A stretch of 64,000 nucleotides of DNA from Podarcis cretensis. Its lineage: Eukaryota. Shown one piece after another: positions 50,615 through 61,213 of this stretch (position 1 is the first letter of the stretch; every line of letters begins with the position of its first letter). Made by a program: the position numbers and the translations under genes. Under the pieces are notes generated by a model. The model saw nothing but the letters and a program-made list of their open reading frames with translations, did no database searches and was not told where the DNA came from. Location: NCBI GenBank assembly GCA_951804945.1, contig OX638149.1, positions 94,364,001 through 94,428,000 on the forward strand. The letters run 5' to 3'.

Positions 50615-51554
50615 TCAATATACACTGTTTGAGTGATCTGTATAAGACCCAGATATGATCATGCACACTGTAGCTTGCATAACACATGTTCTAATGTGCT
50701 TCCCATATGAAAAGAAAGTTCATGAACTGTTTTGCTCCTGCACATAGACATGATGGTGTCTTAGACCCTATTTTTGCTTCTTCAAATTGATAAGGAAAGA
50801 AAAATAAGATTTGCACTAGGATGTCAGGTCACGGGATGCAATGCCCTTTCAGTTTGGCATGAGTGTATCAGTACTTGCTGTCAGGTGACTGAGTTAGGAC
50901 CATTTGCACTTTTAATCATAGCCTTCTGAGTAATAAAAGCAACAGTGGCCAGTGCTACTGTAACTGGTAATCATAGAAGAGGTAGAACTTTCCTAGGAGC
51001 CTCTGCACAAGCATGAGACCATTTCAGCTGACCTGGACAAATTATTGTTTCGACTGCTGCACTTACACAGATCCATGGGAGCAGAGCATGAGGTGATTAA
51101 AACAGCTGTTGACCAGGAAAATAAGTCAAAAGACCAGGATACCAAGAACTAGGAAACTAGATCTATGAGCTGAGGAAGGCTTGCAAGCCAGGTAGCTTTC
51201 TGGGTCCTACCCATAGCCATGGATGAAGAGTTTATTTAGGAGTGTATTGCAAAGGCTCAGCAGCACCTTTCAGTATATAGTACTTCTAGGAAAGAAAAGT
51301 GTAGTACTGTATTTCTATTGATACCTCTGGCATATGAAAGAAATCTAGCACAGAAAACACAAGTGTCAGAGACGACTGGTGTTGTGTGCATCAGGACAAT
51401 ACAAAAGGGTCAGTCATAGATTCACAGCATTGTAGAGTTAGAAGGGACTCCAAAGGCCATCTGGTCCAACCCCCTGCAACGCAGGAATCAGTTGAGCATG
51501 AACTAGACCACACTGAGGTTTAACTCTTTTTTTAAAAAAAGAAAACTTGCTCAC

Positions 51555-51818
51555 CTCATCAAAGTCAGCAATGATTTCATTGAGAAGCCTCAAGCATTCC
51601 ACTCCTTCATTGTTGGCCTCTAACTCTACATAGAATTCTGAGAAGTTGCTGATGGAAGCAAACATGACAGCCACACACTCGCATGACTGGTAATACAGCT
51701 CATCATTCCTCCGTTCCTGTGCAAGGAAGTGGGCTGCCACATCCTTTGGCAAGATGTTATGGAGAAGGCGTCTGTTGTAGGCCTGCAATTCCTCCATTTC
51801 CTCCTTTTCTTCAGTAGC
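51555..51818 (-). CDS. ADCY5: ADCY5 exon, start of the C2 domain
   Basis: ttttcag| [56 protein letters not shown]...EIIADFDE |gtgagc; 264 nt. Confidence 0.97.
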
Positions 51819-52223
51819 CTGAAAAGGGAGAGAGGAGGAGAGAGAAAAAGATGCAGCCTGCAACTCAGGTTCATTTATGTGGCAAATGGACTGGAAGCAT
51901 AAACAGTGGACACACAACTTTTGTGTGTTTAGCTTGAGCGGTTGCAGCTCTATGGACTTGACTGGAAAAAAGGGGCGAGGGGAGATACCATAAGGGGGTG
52001 GGAGAGCAGGGGGAAAATGTCAGCAATCACACCCGCCATTGCATTAACCCTGGTGCAAGGTGTAGTGGCCTTGAGAGTATGTGTGCAGCTTTTGGAGACA
52101 GAGCAGAGGTGGCTGGATAGACTTTAATTGTTTTTAAAGGGTTGTTTTGACTATGCGATTTTGGCTTTGTGTGCTATCCCTGGAAAATAACTCTTGCATA
52201 AGTTGCGCATCTATTGTATAAGG

Positions 52224-52633
52224 CCGTGGTTCCCAACATGGGGCACATGCCCCACAGGGGGGCGATTTGATTTTTAAGATTTTTAAGGAAGCCTAAAAGG
52301 CCATTAACTGTTAATAATTCGAGAATGAGTCATTAACAGTTAATGGCCTTTTAGGCTTCCTCCTCATGAATAGGAGTTCACTTTTTGAACAATACTGTAA
52401 TTATATGTCATGAGGGAGGGCATCAGGATTTTAGAGTTGCTTAGGGGGACAATTTAATTTGGGGGGGGTAATTTGAGAATGGGTTATTAACAGTTAATGG
52501 TCTTTTAGGCTTCCTCCTCATGAATAGGAGTTCACTTTTTGAACACTACCGTAATTATATGTCATGGGGGAGGGCATCAGGATTTTAGAGTTGCTTAGGT
52601 GTTGCATGGCCAAGAAGAAGCTGGGAACCACTG
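52224..52633. mobile_element. hAT-family MITE with 8-bp TSD, internal tandem duplication (154-bp period) and 30-bp hairpin
   Basis: TIR C(C)GTGGTTCCCA / TGGGAACCACTG; TSD GTATAAGG at 52216-52223 and 52634-52641. Confidence 0.88.
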
Positions 52634-52944
52634 GTATAAGGTCTAAGATGTAACCCATCAATACATGCTAGCAACAGAATGTGATTTTGCACACACTAAG
52701 GGTGCCTCCGTCCAAACTATATGCATGGGATGGACAGTATTCTTTACAATACAATATAAAACAAAACTAAGAGCACAATCTTTGTGATCCTCAGCTAAAA
52801 TTGATACCATAGGAGTTTCCTTTGTGCCAGTGCTTCTAGCTCGATATAATTTATGAGCACAGTACGATAACGCATTAACAGCGTGAATAGCAACTGTTTG
52901 CTGATTATAAATGGCATTTTAACATTACACTCAAAAACACACAC

Positions 52945-53077
52945 CTGAAGCTTCCAGAGGAAATCAAGTCTTGCTGTGGATTCCACTTGCTGCGCATGAA
53001 GATACACCGCCAAGACAAAAACAGTGATAACTACGGGAGTCACAATCTTCAAGGCCACCCTGGACACACTTGGAGGA
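52945..53077 (-). CDS. ADCY5: ADCY5 exon, last transmembrane helix
   Basis: cctgcatag| (C)[44 protein letters not shown] |gtgtgt; 133 nt. Confidence 0.96.
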
Positions 53078-53843
53078 CTATGCAGGAAAAGAAAATATAT
53101 AAATCTCTGGATGTTCTAGGATGCCAGTTGCTAAACTGGAGGAGTGCGTACAATTCAAAGCAAGCAATTTCTTGACCTCTTTGTGTAGCAACAGGCTGAG
53201 CAAGGGGCTCTAGCTGCTGACCAATAAAATCCACTGACTATTTTATTCTGTGCAACTCTGAATCATTTAGTTTTTGCTTTTGATGCAGCGTGAACAGCAA
53301 AGTCCAGGTGGCCATCTTTTACTTTGCACAAGGCCGCCCCATCAATCTTCATTTTTTGTGTGCTTCAATGGCTCTAGAAGTGAGGCATACTGTATCAAAA
53401 CTGCCTCTTAGGCAAGGAAGGGAGACAAAGGGACACAGCAGAGTCAATGCATTCCATTACTAAATCATAGGGGATTTGTGAGAGACCACTAGATTCTATT
53501 CTTTTCTCACACTCTCCCTGCCTTTATGAGGTCAAATTCTTCCTATCCTTGAATACAACGAAGGCTAGGTAGCAGTGCTACTAACTGTGGTTGACGTTAG
53601 TTTGCATTTCAAGTTTGTTTCAAATTCAAACTCTGGCAAGCATTCAAAATGGTTAACAGTGCTTCAGACAGCAAGGGAGGGGACTTGTGTTTGAGAAGAG
53701 AGGGGTGTGCCCATCCCATATCCCTTAAGCACCATTAAAGGATGAGCCACATTATGTCTGCAACAACCCAAACCCACCAATGGCTGAATCCACTTAATAT
53801 TTTTTAAAGCAACCTCAGGCTACCTGCCCCCTCAGTAACTCAC

Positions 53844-53876
53844 CATGTCCCATTCTCAGTCCCATTGGAAAATACT
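53844..53876 (-). CDS. ADCY5: ADCY5 33-nt microexon, extracellular loop (I)VFSNGTENGT(C)
   Basis: ctatttcag|AGTATTTTCCAATGGGACTGAGAATGGGACATG|gtgagt; phase 2-2; restores the NGT...C seen at this position in human ADCY5 (DFFNNGTSQC as recalled). Confidence 0.88.
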
Positions 53877-53984
53877 CTGAAATAGCAAGATATAGGTTTT
53901 AGACAATGTACATAGATTGCTATGCTATATTTATAAATCACTGACGCCATTGCTTTCTTCCCAATTCCACATTTAGTGCCTTCC

Positions 53985-54329
53985 CGCTGTGGGTTAAACC
54001 ACAGAGCCTAGGATTTGCCGATCAGAAGGTTGGTGGTTCGAATCCCCGCGATGGGGTGAGCTCCCGTTGCTCGATCCCTGCTCCTGCCAACTTAGCAGTT
54101 CGAAAGCACGTCAAAGTGCAAGTAGATAAATAGGTACCACTCTGGCGGGAAGGTAAATAGCGTTTCTGTGCGCTGTTCTGGTTCACCAGAAGCAGATTAG
54201 TCATGCTGGCCACATGACCTGGAAGCTGTACGCCAGCTCCCTCGGCCAATAAAGCGAGATGAGCGCCGCAACCCCAGAGTCGGTCACGACTGGACCTAAT
54301 GGTCAGGGGTCCCTTTACCTTTACTTTTA
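53985..54329 (+). mobile_element. Sauria SINE, nearly full length (antisense to ADCY5)
   Basis: cgctgtgggttaaaccacagagcc...ggtcaggggtccctttacctttac. Confidence 0.93.
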
Positions 54330-55205
54330 TACCGCTAGGAGTATAAACAATGAGCCAGGAACACCCTGGTTCAGAGCTCAGATTGCCTTATCAAGCAATC
54401 ATCTTCTAAAGAATACTGAAATAATATATGTGAAGAAGTCTGAACACTAATGAGATATGATATAAAAATTTTCCTCCTCCTCATTACTCTTATGATTATG
54501 CTGTTTCCCTTCTTTGTTGCACAAGCTGCCTTTTTAATTTTTCAGTATTCTTCCCAGCTGGCAAGGAACTGCTGACTTTGGATTAAAATCAAGGTGTACA
54601 TTTCACTGCTCCAATGCTATCCAAACAAAAGTGCCTCTCTAATACTTCAGCCAGTTCAAAGGTCCATGTCTCTTCTGGATCACTTGTCTGATGTTAATCA
54701 AATGAACATGTGTGCAAAGTACTCCATTTAAATTACAGGGAAGTTGTTTTATATGTCTCTGTGTTCATTGTTCTGAAATGCATGATGGATTGCAGCAACA
54801 GGAGGGATCCCTAATGCCCCTTGTGACACTAGAATCAAAGCCTCAAAGCATTCACTTTATTGCAGGTCCTGCTGCAATTTCAATGGAACATGTTTACAAA
54901 CATGGTTAAGATCACCGTTCTTTTAAAAAAAAGTTCTTACACCTACACAGAGTTCCACGAAATTCAGGGTGCCACATATTTTAAAATAAAGACATTTAGG
55001 ATTGAGTGTAATAATCAACTGCTCCACAAAATCAGTGCTACTATTTTTCACTTTGAACACTATGTGGAGCCATAACCACTTCCTAAAATTTTCTTCTACT
55101 TGCCTTTCGCTACAATGAAAGAGGATCGCTTTTTGACTTTGAGCTTGATTATCATCAAGGAAAGTTGGCACATTAGATAGGATGTTATAAAACAAAGCTG
55201 CCTGG

Positions 55206-55249
55206 TCAAGTTAGGGAATGAATTCCTAAGAATTCATTCCCTAACTTGA
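55206..55249. repeat. Perfect 20-bp inverted repeat with a 4-nt loop
   Basis: TCAAGTTAGGGAATGAATTC-ctaa-GAATTCATTCCCTAACTTGA. Confidence 0.95.
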
Positions 55250-56206
55250 ATTAGGGGATTCAAGTGCAGGGAATTCTGCACTTAGGGAATTCTGCAGTGA
55301 GGCTGCAGAAAAGAGGAGATAAAACGTGATAAGTTGGAATCTGCCCACATAAAGCTGGATTCTACCCTTTGTTTGCAAATTTACTGTCTCATTCTAGATG
55401 GTACTGGAGAAGCAGGGAGTGCCTTGAAATCTAGTTCCTTCATATTTATTCACTGAACATTTTTTTCTTGTATTTTGTCAGAATTTTTTATCCAAGTCGT
55501 ATCACCAGATCACTCCAGCAGAACCAGATACTTTATAATCCAATTAACATAGCTCCTGTTCCAGTTCTTCTGCCCTTTCGTTTTAAATTTATTTTTTATT
55601 TTGTTCAGTTTATGAGTCACCTAACAAAGTATTCTCTAGAAAAGAAACAAAGTAAAAGCAGACTATAAAATCCAACAGTGACAATTCAAAAACTGCTTTT
55701 CCACGTTAACTCTGTTATATCTATCTTACTGACTGACTCACTGAGTCAGTAGAACTTGCTTAAAAGCAGCTGTCGTCTTCCAGCTGAAATTCAGACCCCA
55801 CATGGCTCCTGCAGGAAGGCCTGGCGCCAGCAGTTAGCCTAACAGGACACTGGTTGATGGCCCCAGGGCTTTGAAAGGCCCATCATGGGTCTTAACATGA
55901 GATCCAGGCGGATATATGCAGACACTTCTTGGGGATCAACTTGGCTCCCATCCATGGTAACTGCATAGCCTGCTGCCTCTCTTGAACTCTGAGAAAGGTG
56001 ACCTGGAAAATGCCAGTGCTGTTGCTGCAGTTTGCTAAAAAAGGCTTTTCAAATTTAGATTTAAAAAAAATTCTTAAAAAAAAAAGTTTTCCTAGATGCC
56101 ATGGCAAACCACAGCAGCAGCACAATCAGCTTACCCAGAATTCCTGGCTCTCAAGGACTCTTCTTCATCCCAAGGTGGCGAGAAGCTACCACTCAATTAG
56201 CCACTA

Positions 56207-56413
56207 CAGTCATACCTTGGAAGTTGAACGGAATCCATTAGACTTCCAAAACGTTTGGAAACCAAGGCACGGCTTCTGATTGCAATTCGAAGCCCCGTCG
56301 GAGGTTTGGCTTCCAAAAATAATTCACAAACCAGAACACTCACTTTCAGGTTTGTGGTGTTTGGGAGCCGAAACATTCGAGAACCAAGCTGTTCGAAAAC
56401 AAAGGTATGACTG
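56207..56413. mobile_element. Second Tc1/mariner-like MITE family
   Basis: TA-CAGTCATACCTT...AAGGTATGACTG-TA; relatively CpG-rich interior. Confidence 0.85.
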
Positions 56414-58033
56414 TATTGTGTGTTTTTAAGGAAGAGGGGGAAAGGGACTGGCGGCATAGCTGCTGCCACAAGGAGGAGGATGAGAGCTCTAGGAGCTCCA
56501 GTGTGACAGGAACAGGGGCATCAGCTGGACTATGCTGAGGGCCCCCTGAAGTTTGACACCAGGCCTGTTTGCATGGTTGCAATTCTTTTTGGCTGGAAGG
56601 AGCACTCTAAGTTTTACCACCAGCCTTTTCTTGTCTTATGTTTTTGGTAAATTTGTATAGGGGTGTGAGAAAAGAAGCATCTGTGCATCTTGCTAATTAG
56701 TGTGCATGTCATATACAGAATAATTAGATGGATCAGACAGATGCCCAGTTAATTTAATATAGGATAATATTCCCTGCATCTGGAAGAGAACTGCACCTAG
56801 ACTGTGGCGGCTGCATATGTACTAAATACTTCCCATGAGCCGTAAGTGGTTCACCACACAGTAAGACTAACAATAAATGGAGCTTTCAGAGCAAGCAAAG
56901 CTAATTTAATGAGTGGTAAGACTGCAGCTCCTAAATTTATTTCTGGGAAAAAGATGCTTATTTACTCCACCTTTTTACTGACATCTTGATTGTGAGGTGA
57001 TGCAAATAATTGCTTTTAAGTGCTCTAATTCAGTCCTGCTCCTGGCTTATCAAAATTCCATGCAGTATAAAATGCCTAAAGGATGTTTTGTTTTGAGATT
57101 ATCCCTTCAAATGACTGCCCCTAATTTGCTATCAATTTTCTTTTTTATATGAAGGGCAGAAATCATACCTGAGTGGATTAATCAGAATTAAGCAATCCAA
57201 AATGGAGAAGGGCACAGCTGTGGTTCAACCAGAATGGCCTTTTTTTCTTTCTTTCTTGTGTTGTTTTATTAACTTAAGAAAAGATCTCATCCAATTGGTT
57301 GTTTGGTATGTTTTAAGGGAATTAAGGAAATCATAAGGCATACAAATAATGCCAATAAAAGTAGTGTTGCTTATTAGTGAACAAGCCAAACTCCTACAAT
57401 GAAAAATGTTTAATGAGTAAATATGTTTAAAAAGGAAGATATGTGTTAGCATTCAACACAACTAAGGCACTAGCCTCCTACTTGATGCAAAAATACATGT
57501 TTGGTCCTTATCTGAGAGCGCAACAGTCATGCAGATTATGACATTCAAATTGTAGATACCAGCAAAATAGAACCAAGAGCAAGAACTAATAGAGGGTTCT
57601 CAAATGACTTCCAGTGTTATCTCACTTGTTGATGCTGCACACTCTTTCTGTTTACATAAAATTGTTTTCATGGACTCATTGACTTGGTTTTCCCAAGCAG
57701 CAAATGATGCGATAAACCTGTTTCTGGACTATTCCACTCTAGACCCTGGGTAGGGGCCTCACATGACTGAATGCCCCTCCCATAAAACAATAAAACCGTA
57801 CACATAAAAAACTGGCTAGGCAAAAAACCCTTGACTTCTTAAACTCCTATGTGCACGTTTTACTTTTTTAAACTGAAGTGTGTCCAGTCATGTGAGAACC
57901 TACTGGTACTCCGAAATGGTATAGTCCAGAAACAGTCTACTTCCTCACCTGCTTTACTAAAACTTCCACTTGGTGACCTTTCTCTCGGTTTATATATATA
58001 AAAACAACTTACAAAGGTTTAAGGGTAACTTAC

Positions 58034-58209
58034 ATGGCATTGGCTGTGACCAGAAGATCTGCATTATCAAAGAGGGTAAGCCCTGGCACTTCCACAATAA
58101 GGACATATGTAAATTCAATAATCAACATCAAAATGAGTTTCCCAATGCAACTGATCTGAAGGAACACAGAGCAGGCCAGGAGGCTCAGTAAGACACTGTA
58201 GGTAAAATA
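58034..58209 (-). CDS. ADCY5: ADCY5 exon, second transmembrane cluster
   Basis: ctcgcag| [58 protein letters not shown](I) |gtaagt; 176 nt. Confidence 0.96.
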
Positions 58210-59137
58210 CTGCGAGAGGAGGGATTGGGAAGCGGAAGAGGGGAAAAAAAAGAGTGGAGGGAGGAAGGAAGAGAGAACAAACGGGAGTCAAATCAGTAAA
58301 GCACATCAAACATCAATTAAGCAGTGCTGCAAGAATGAGGTTACACATCAACTTATTTTAATTATTCTTCTTTTGCTATGTCACATGTCAGTTAATATAA
58401 GGCTCTGAACAACTTTGGTTGAGGGTACCATAGGTCCAGCGTGCCACTGAACATCCTTCAATGGATCCTTATACTGGGACTGACACATTTGTCTAGCTGG
58501 GCTTCCAGCAGGCCCACACAATGCCTGACCCACCAAGCCTCAGCAGCAGTTTAGTCCTCTGGCAGTTAAAAGTCCACCTTTTATTCTGTAAGGTATGTGC
58601 ATGCACGCCTATTTGAATGTACATGCATCATATATGCATATGTGTTTAATGCATCTTTGTTTTAATTAACTTGTAATTTTGTGTGACAGCTGTCAGCTGC
58701 TCCAAAGTCAATTCTACGTAAGATGCATAATGAAGGTGGCATTGCGAACTCATAGAAACCACCTCAGATCAAGACTTATATTTTTCAAATGCCACTCCCT
58801 GATCCCACTTTTTAAAAGTTTGTTTAGGTATTTAATTATAAAGGAGTGCATCAGAACAGTGTGATTCTTTACATGTCTACTCAGAAGCAAGTGTCATTGA
58901 CCTCAGTGGGACCAACCCCCAAGGTAAGTGTGTATAAAACTGCAGCTACATTAAACCTGGTGTGGTAGCAGCATTGAATAATAACACTATCCCACTTACA
59001 GTCTGGAGTGGTAAAGCTGAGAATTCAGTGTAGAATTGGTTTGACACATTATCAGTGGCAAAAGGATATTGTATGCAGAAGGCCTTAGGTCTGAAATCTG
59101 TAATCTCTCATTTAAAGGATCTTAAGTAGCTGGGCTA

Positions 59138-59504
59138 AGGGATGCAGGTGGTGTTGTGGGTTACACCACAAAGCCTAGGGCTTGCCGATCAGAAGGTCAG
59201 CAGTTCGAATCCCTGCAACGGAGTGAGCTCCTGTTACTCGGTCCCTGCTCCTGCCAACCTAGCAGTTCGAAAGCACGTCAAAGTGCAAGTAGATAAATAG
59301 GTATCGCTCCAGCGGGAAGGTAAACGGTGTTTCCGTGTACTGCTCTGGTTTGCCAGAAGCAGCTTAGTCATGCTGGCCAAATGACCCAGAAGCTGTCTGC
59401 GAACAAACACCGGCTCCCTCGGCCTCTAGAGCAAGATGAGTGCCACAACCCCAGAGTCATCCGCGACTGCACCTAATGGTCAGGGGTCCCTTTACCCTTT
59501 ACCT
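59138..59504 (+). mobile_element. Full-length Sauria SINE with 16-bp TSD, apparently nested in an older SINE-like repeat (about 59050-59645)
   Basis: TSD TTAAGTAGCTGGGCTA at 59122-59137 and 59505-59520. Confidence 0.93.
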
Positions 59505-59682
59505 TTAAGTAGCTGGGCTAGAAAGAATCTCTACCTGGAAAAAGGTCTCTACCTGAAGACAATGGAGAGGAGCTGAAAACAGCTGAAACAGACAACAGTG
59601 GGCTAAATGATTAACTGTCTCATTCAGCATAAAACAGGGCCACTTATAGTTTGTATGAATTTTAAAACTTAAACACACCCAC

Positions 59683-59847
59683 CTCTGGGAAATTGCAGCT
59701 TGGCTGGGAGCTGGCACATAATCCTTGTACTGTCCCCAGGCTGTAATTGGAGGCAGAGTAGCTAATATGGCACATGTTCACCTCACGTGGGGTGATGTTA
59801 TACTCTGCAGCAACACAATCACGGAGATCCACAGTGCTGCAAGTGAA
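59683..59847 (-). CDS. ADCY5: ADCY5 exon, large extracellular loop
   Basis: tctgccag| FTCSTVDLRDCVAAEYNITPREVNMCHISYSASNYSLGTVQGLCASSQPSCNFPE |gtgggt; 165 nt; Cys pattern and NYS sequon present. Confidence 0.94.
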
Positions 59848-60401
59848 CTGGCAGAAAGGAAGAGATTAACAAAAAGAAAGGCAAGGAAAAGAGAAAACAG
59901 CTAACTACAATGGAAAGTACTCAGGGCAGAGATGCGTTAAAAGATGCTTCTCTGCACAATGGCAAAGTGGCCCAGCACAGATGGCTCTTGGGCCCGACAA
60001 TATAAACCACCAGTTAAATAGTGGCAGCTGTAATGACTGCTTAGCAGGTATGCAAAACATCATCTACCTTTTCCCACATCCCAAGTATTGTCTAATCCAT
60101 CTAATTAACATACCATGAAACTGGCACTGGGAATTTCCAGGAAGTGCTCCATTTACAGGTGAAACAATTAGCATTGCTCTGATCCTGTCTATTTTAAAGA
60201 CATAATATTGGCCAACGCACTGGAGACATTAAGTTGTAACCATGACTGGTTAGAACGATTAGGAAAATTACTGAGCCCACGCCTACTTTTATTTTATTGG
60301 TCACACATACACAAGGAGCTATGCTTTCTGTTGTACCCTACAGCTTCTGGGCACTGATAGGTCAGTGATGCTAAATAAAAGTAACAACCAGTGTAACATA
60401 C

Positions 60402-60518
60402 CATGTTGGCAAAGGCTGAGAGGAAAACCAATACAATGGTAAAGACCCCAACTATGGTGTTGTTGGTCCTGGACTGAACAATCTTCCTTGAGAGAGTCTG
60501 GAGTGGAGCTGGAAAAAG
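60402..60518 (-). CDS. ADCY5: ADCY5 exon (most 5' ADCY5 exon recognised in the window)
   Basis: ttgaccag| [39 protein letters not shown] |gtatgt; 117 nt. Confidence 0.95.
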
Positions 60519-60978
60519 CTGGTCAAAAAAGAGAAAGCAAGATGTTTGAAATCAGGATTCTGGATAAATATCTTGAACACTAAAGAACAATACACATTAG
60601 AAAGTACAAAAGCTGACATGCCAGATCACTAAACATCTGTCTTCCTCTAGGTAATTTTCGGAGCAGAAAGGCTAAATGCTTGGCTAACTTGTCATACTGA
60701 CTTGCTGCTCCCTGATTAAAATAATGGTTTCTAAATCAGAACCAGAAAGAATGGTGTGCAAAACAAAACAAAACATTCGATTCTGATCTCAGAATAAATG
60801 GATATATAAACATACATTTTGCTGTTTTGCTTCCAAGATTCTAGCTAGAATTGAGTTTTATCTTCATGTCACCTCTTATTATGTTTAGATGGACAATAGG
60901 TACAACTGCAGCAGTGAATTGTACAGTAGTCAATAACACTGGCAAATGTCTTCAAACTTCCAAAGGCACCAGAGATTT

Positions 60979-61213
60979 GAACATTAAAGCCCAGCTGCAT
61001 CAGATCAAAGACCTATCTAGTCCACCATTCTGAGTTCACAATGCCTATGGAAAACTCATAAACAGGACCCAAGCTAAACAGCACTTTCCTGCTCATGATT
61101 CCCAAGCAACTGTTACTGCCTCTGATACTGGACGTAATGCATAGTAATCATGACAAGCATTCATGGATACTCTCCTCCTCCATGAATTTGTCTAATCACC
61201 TTTTGGAGCCATC
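60979..61213 (-). mobile_element. CR1 LINE 3' fragment
   Basis: Same family as 3530-3740 (gattcccaagcaactg...tcctcctccatgaatttgtctaatc). Confidence 0.55.

Noticed and set aside
56003-56034. Alternative ADCY5 microexon (minus strand, NSTGIFQ-like)
   Set aside because: 32 or 22 nt, so not frame-preserving; poor donor (GTCACC); the exon at 53844-53876 fits much better.
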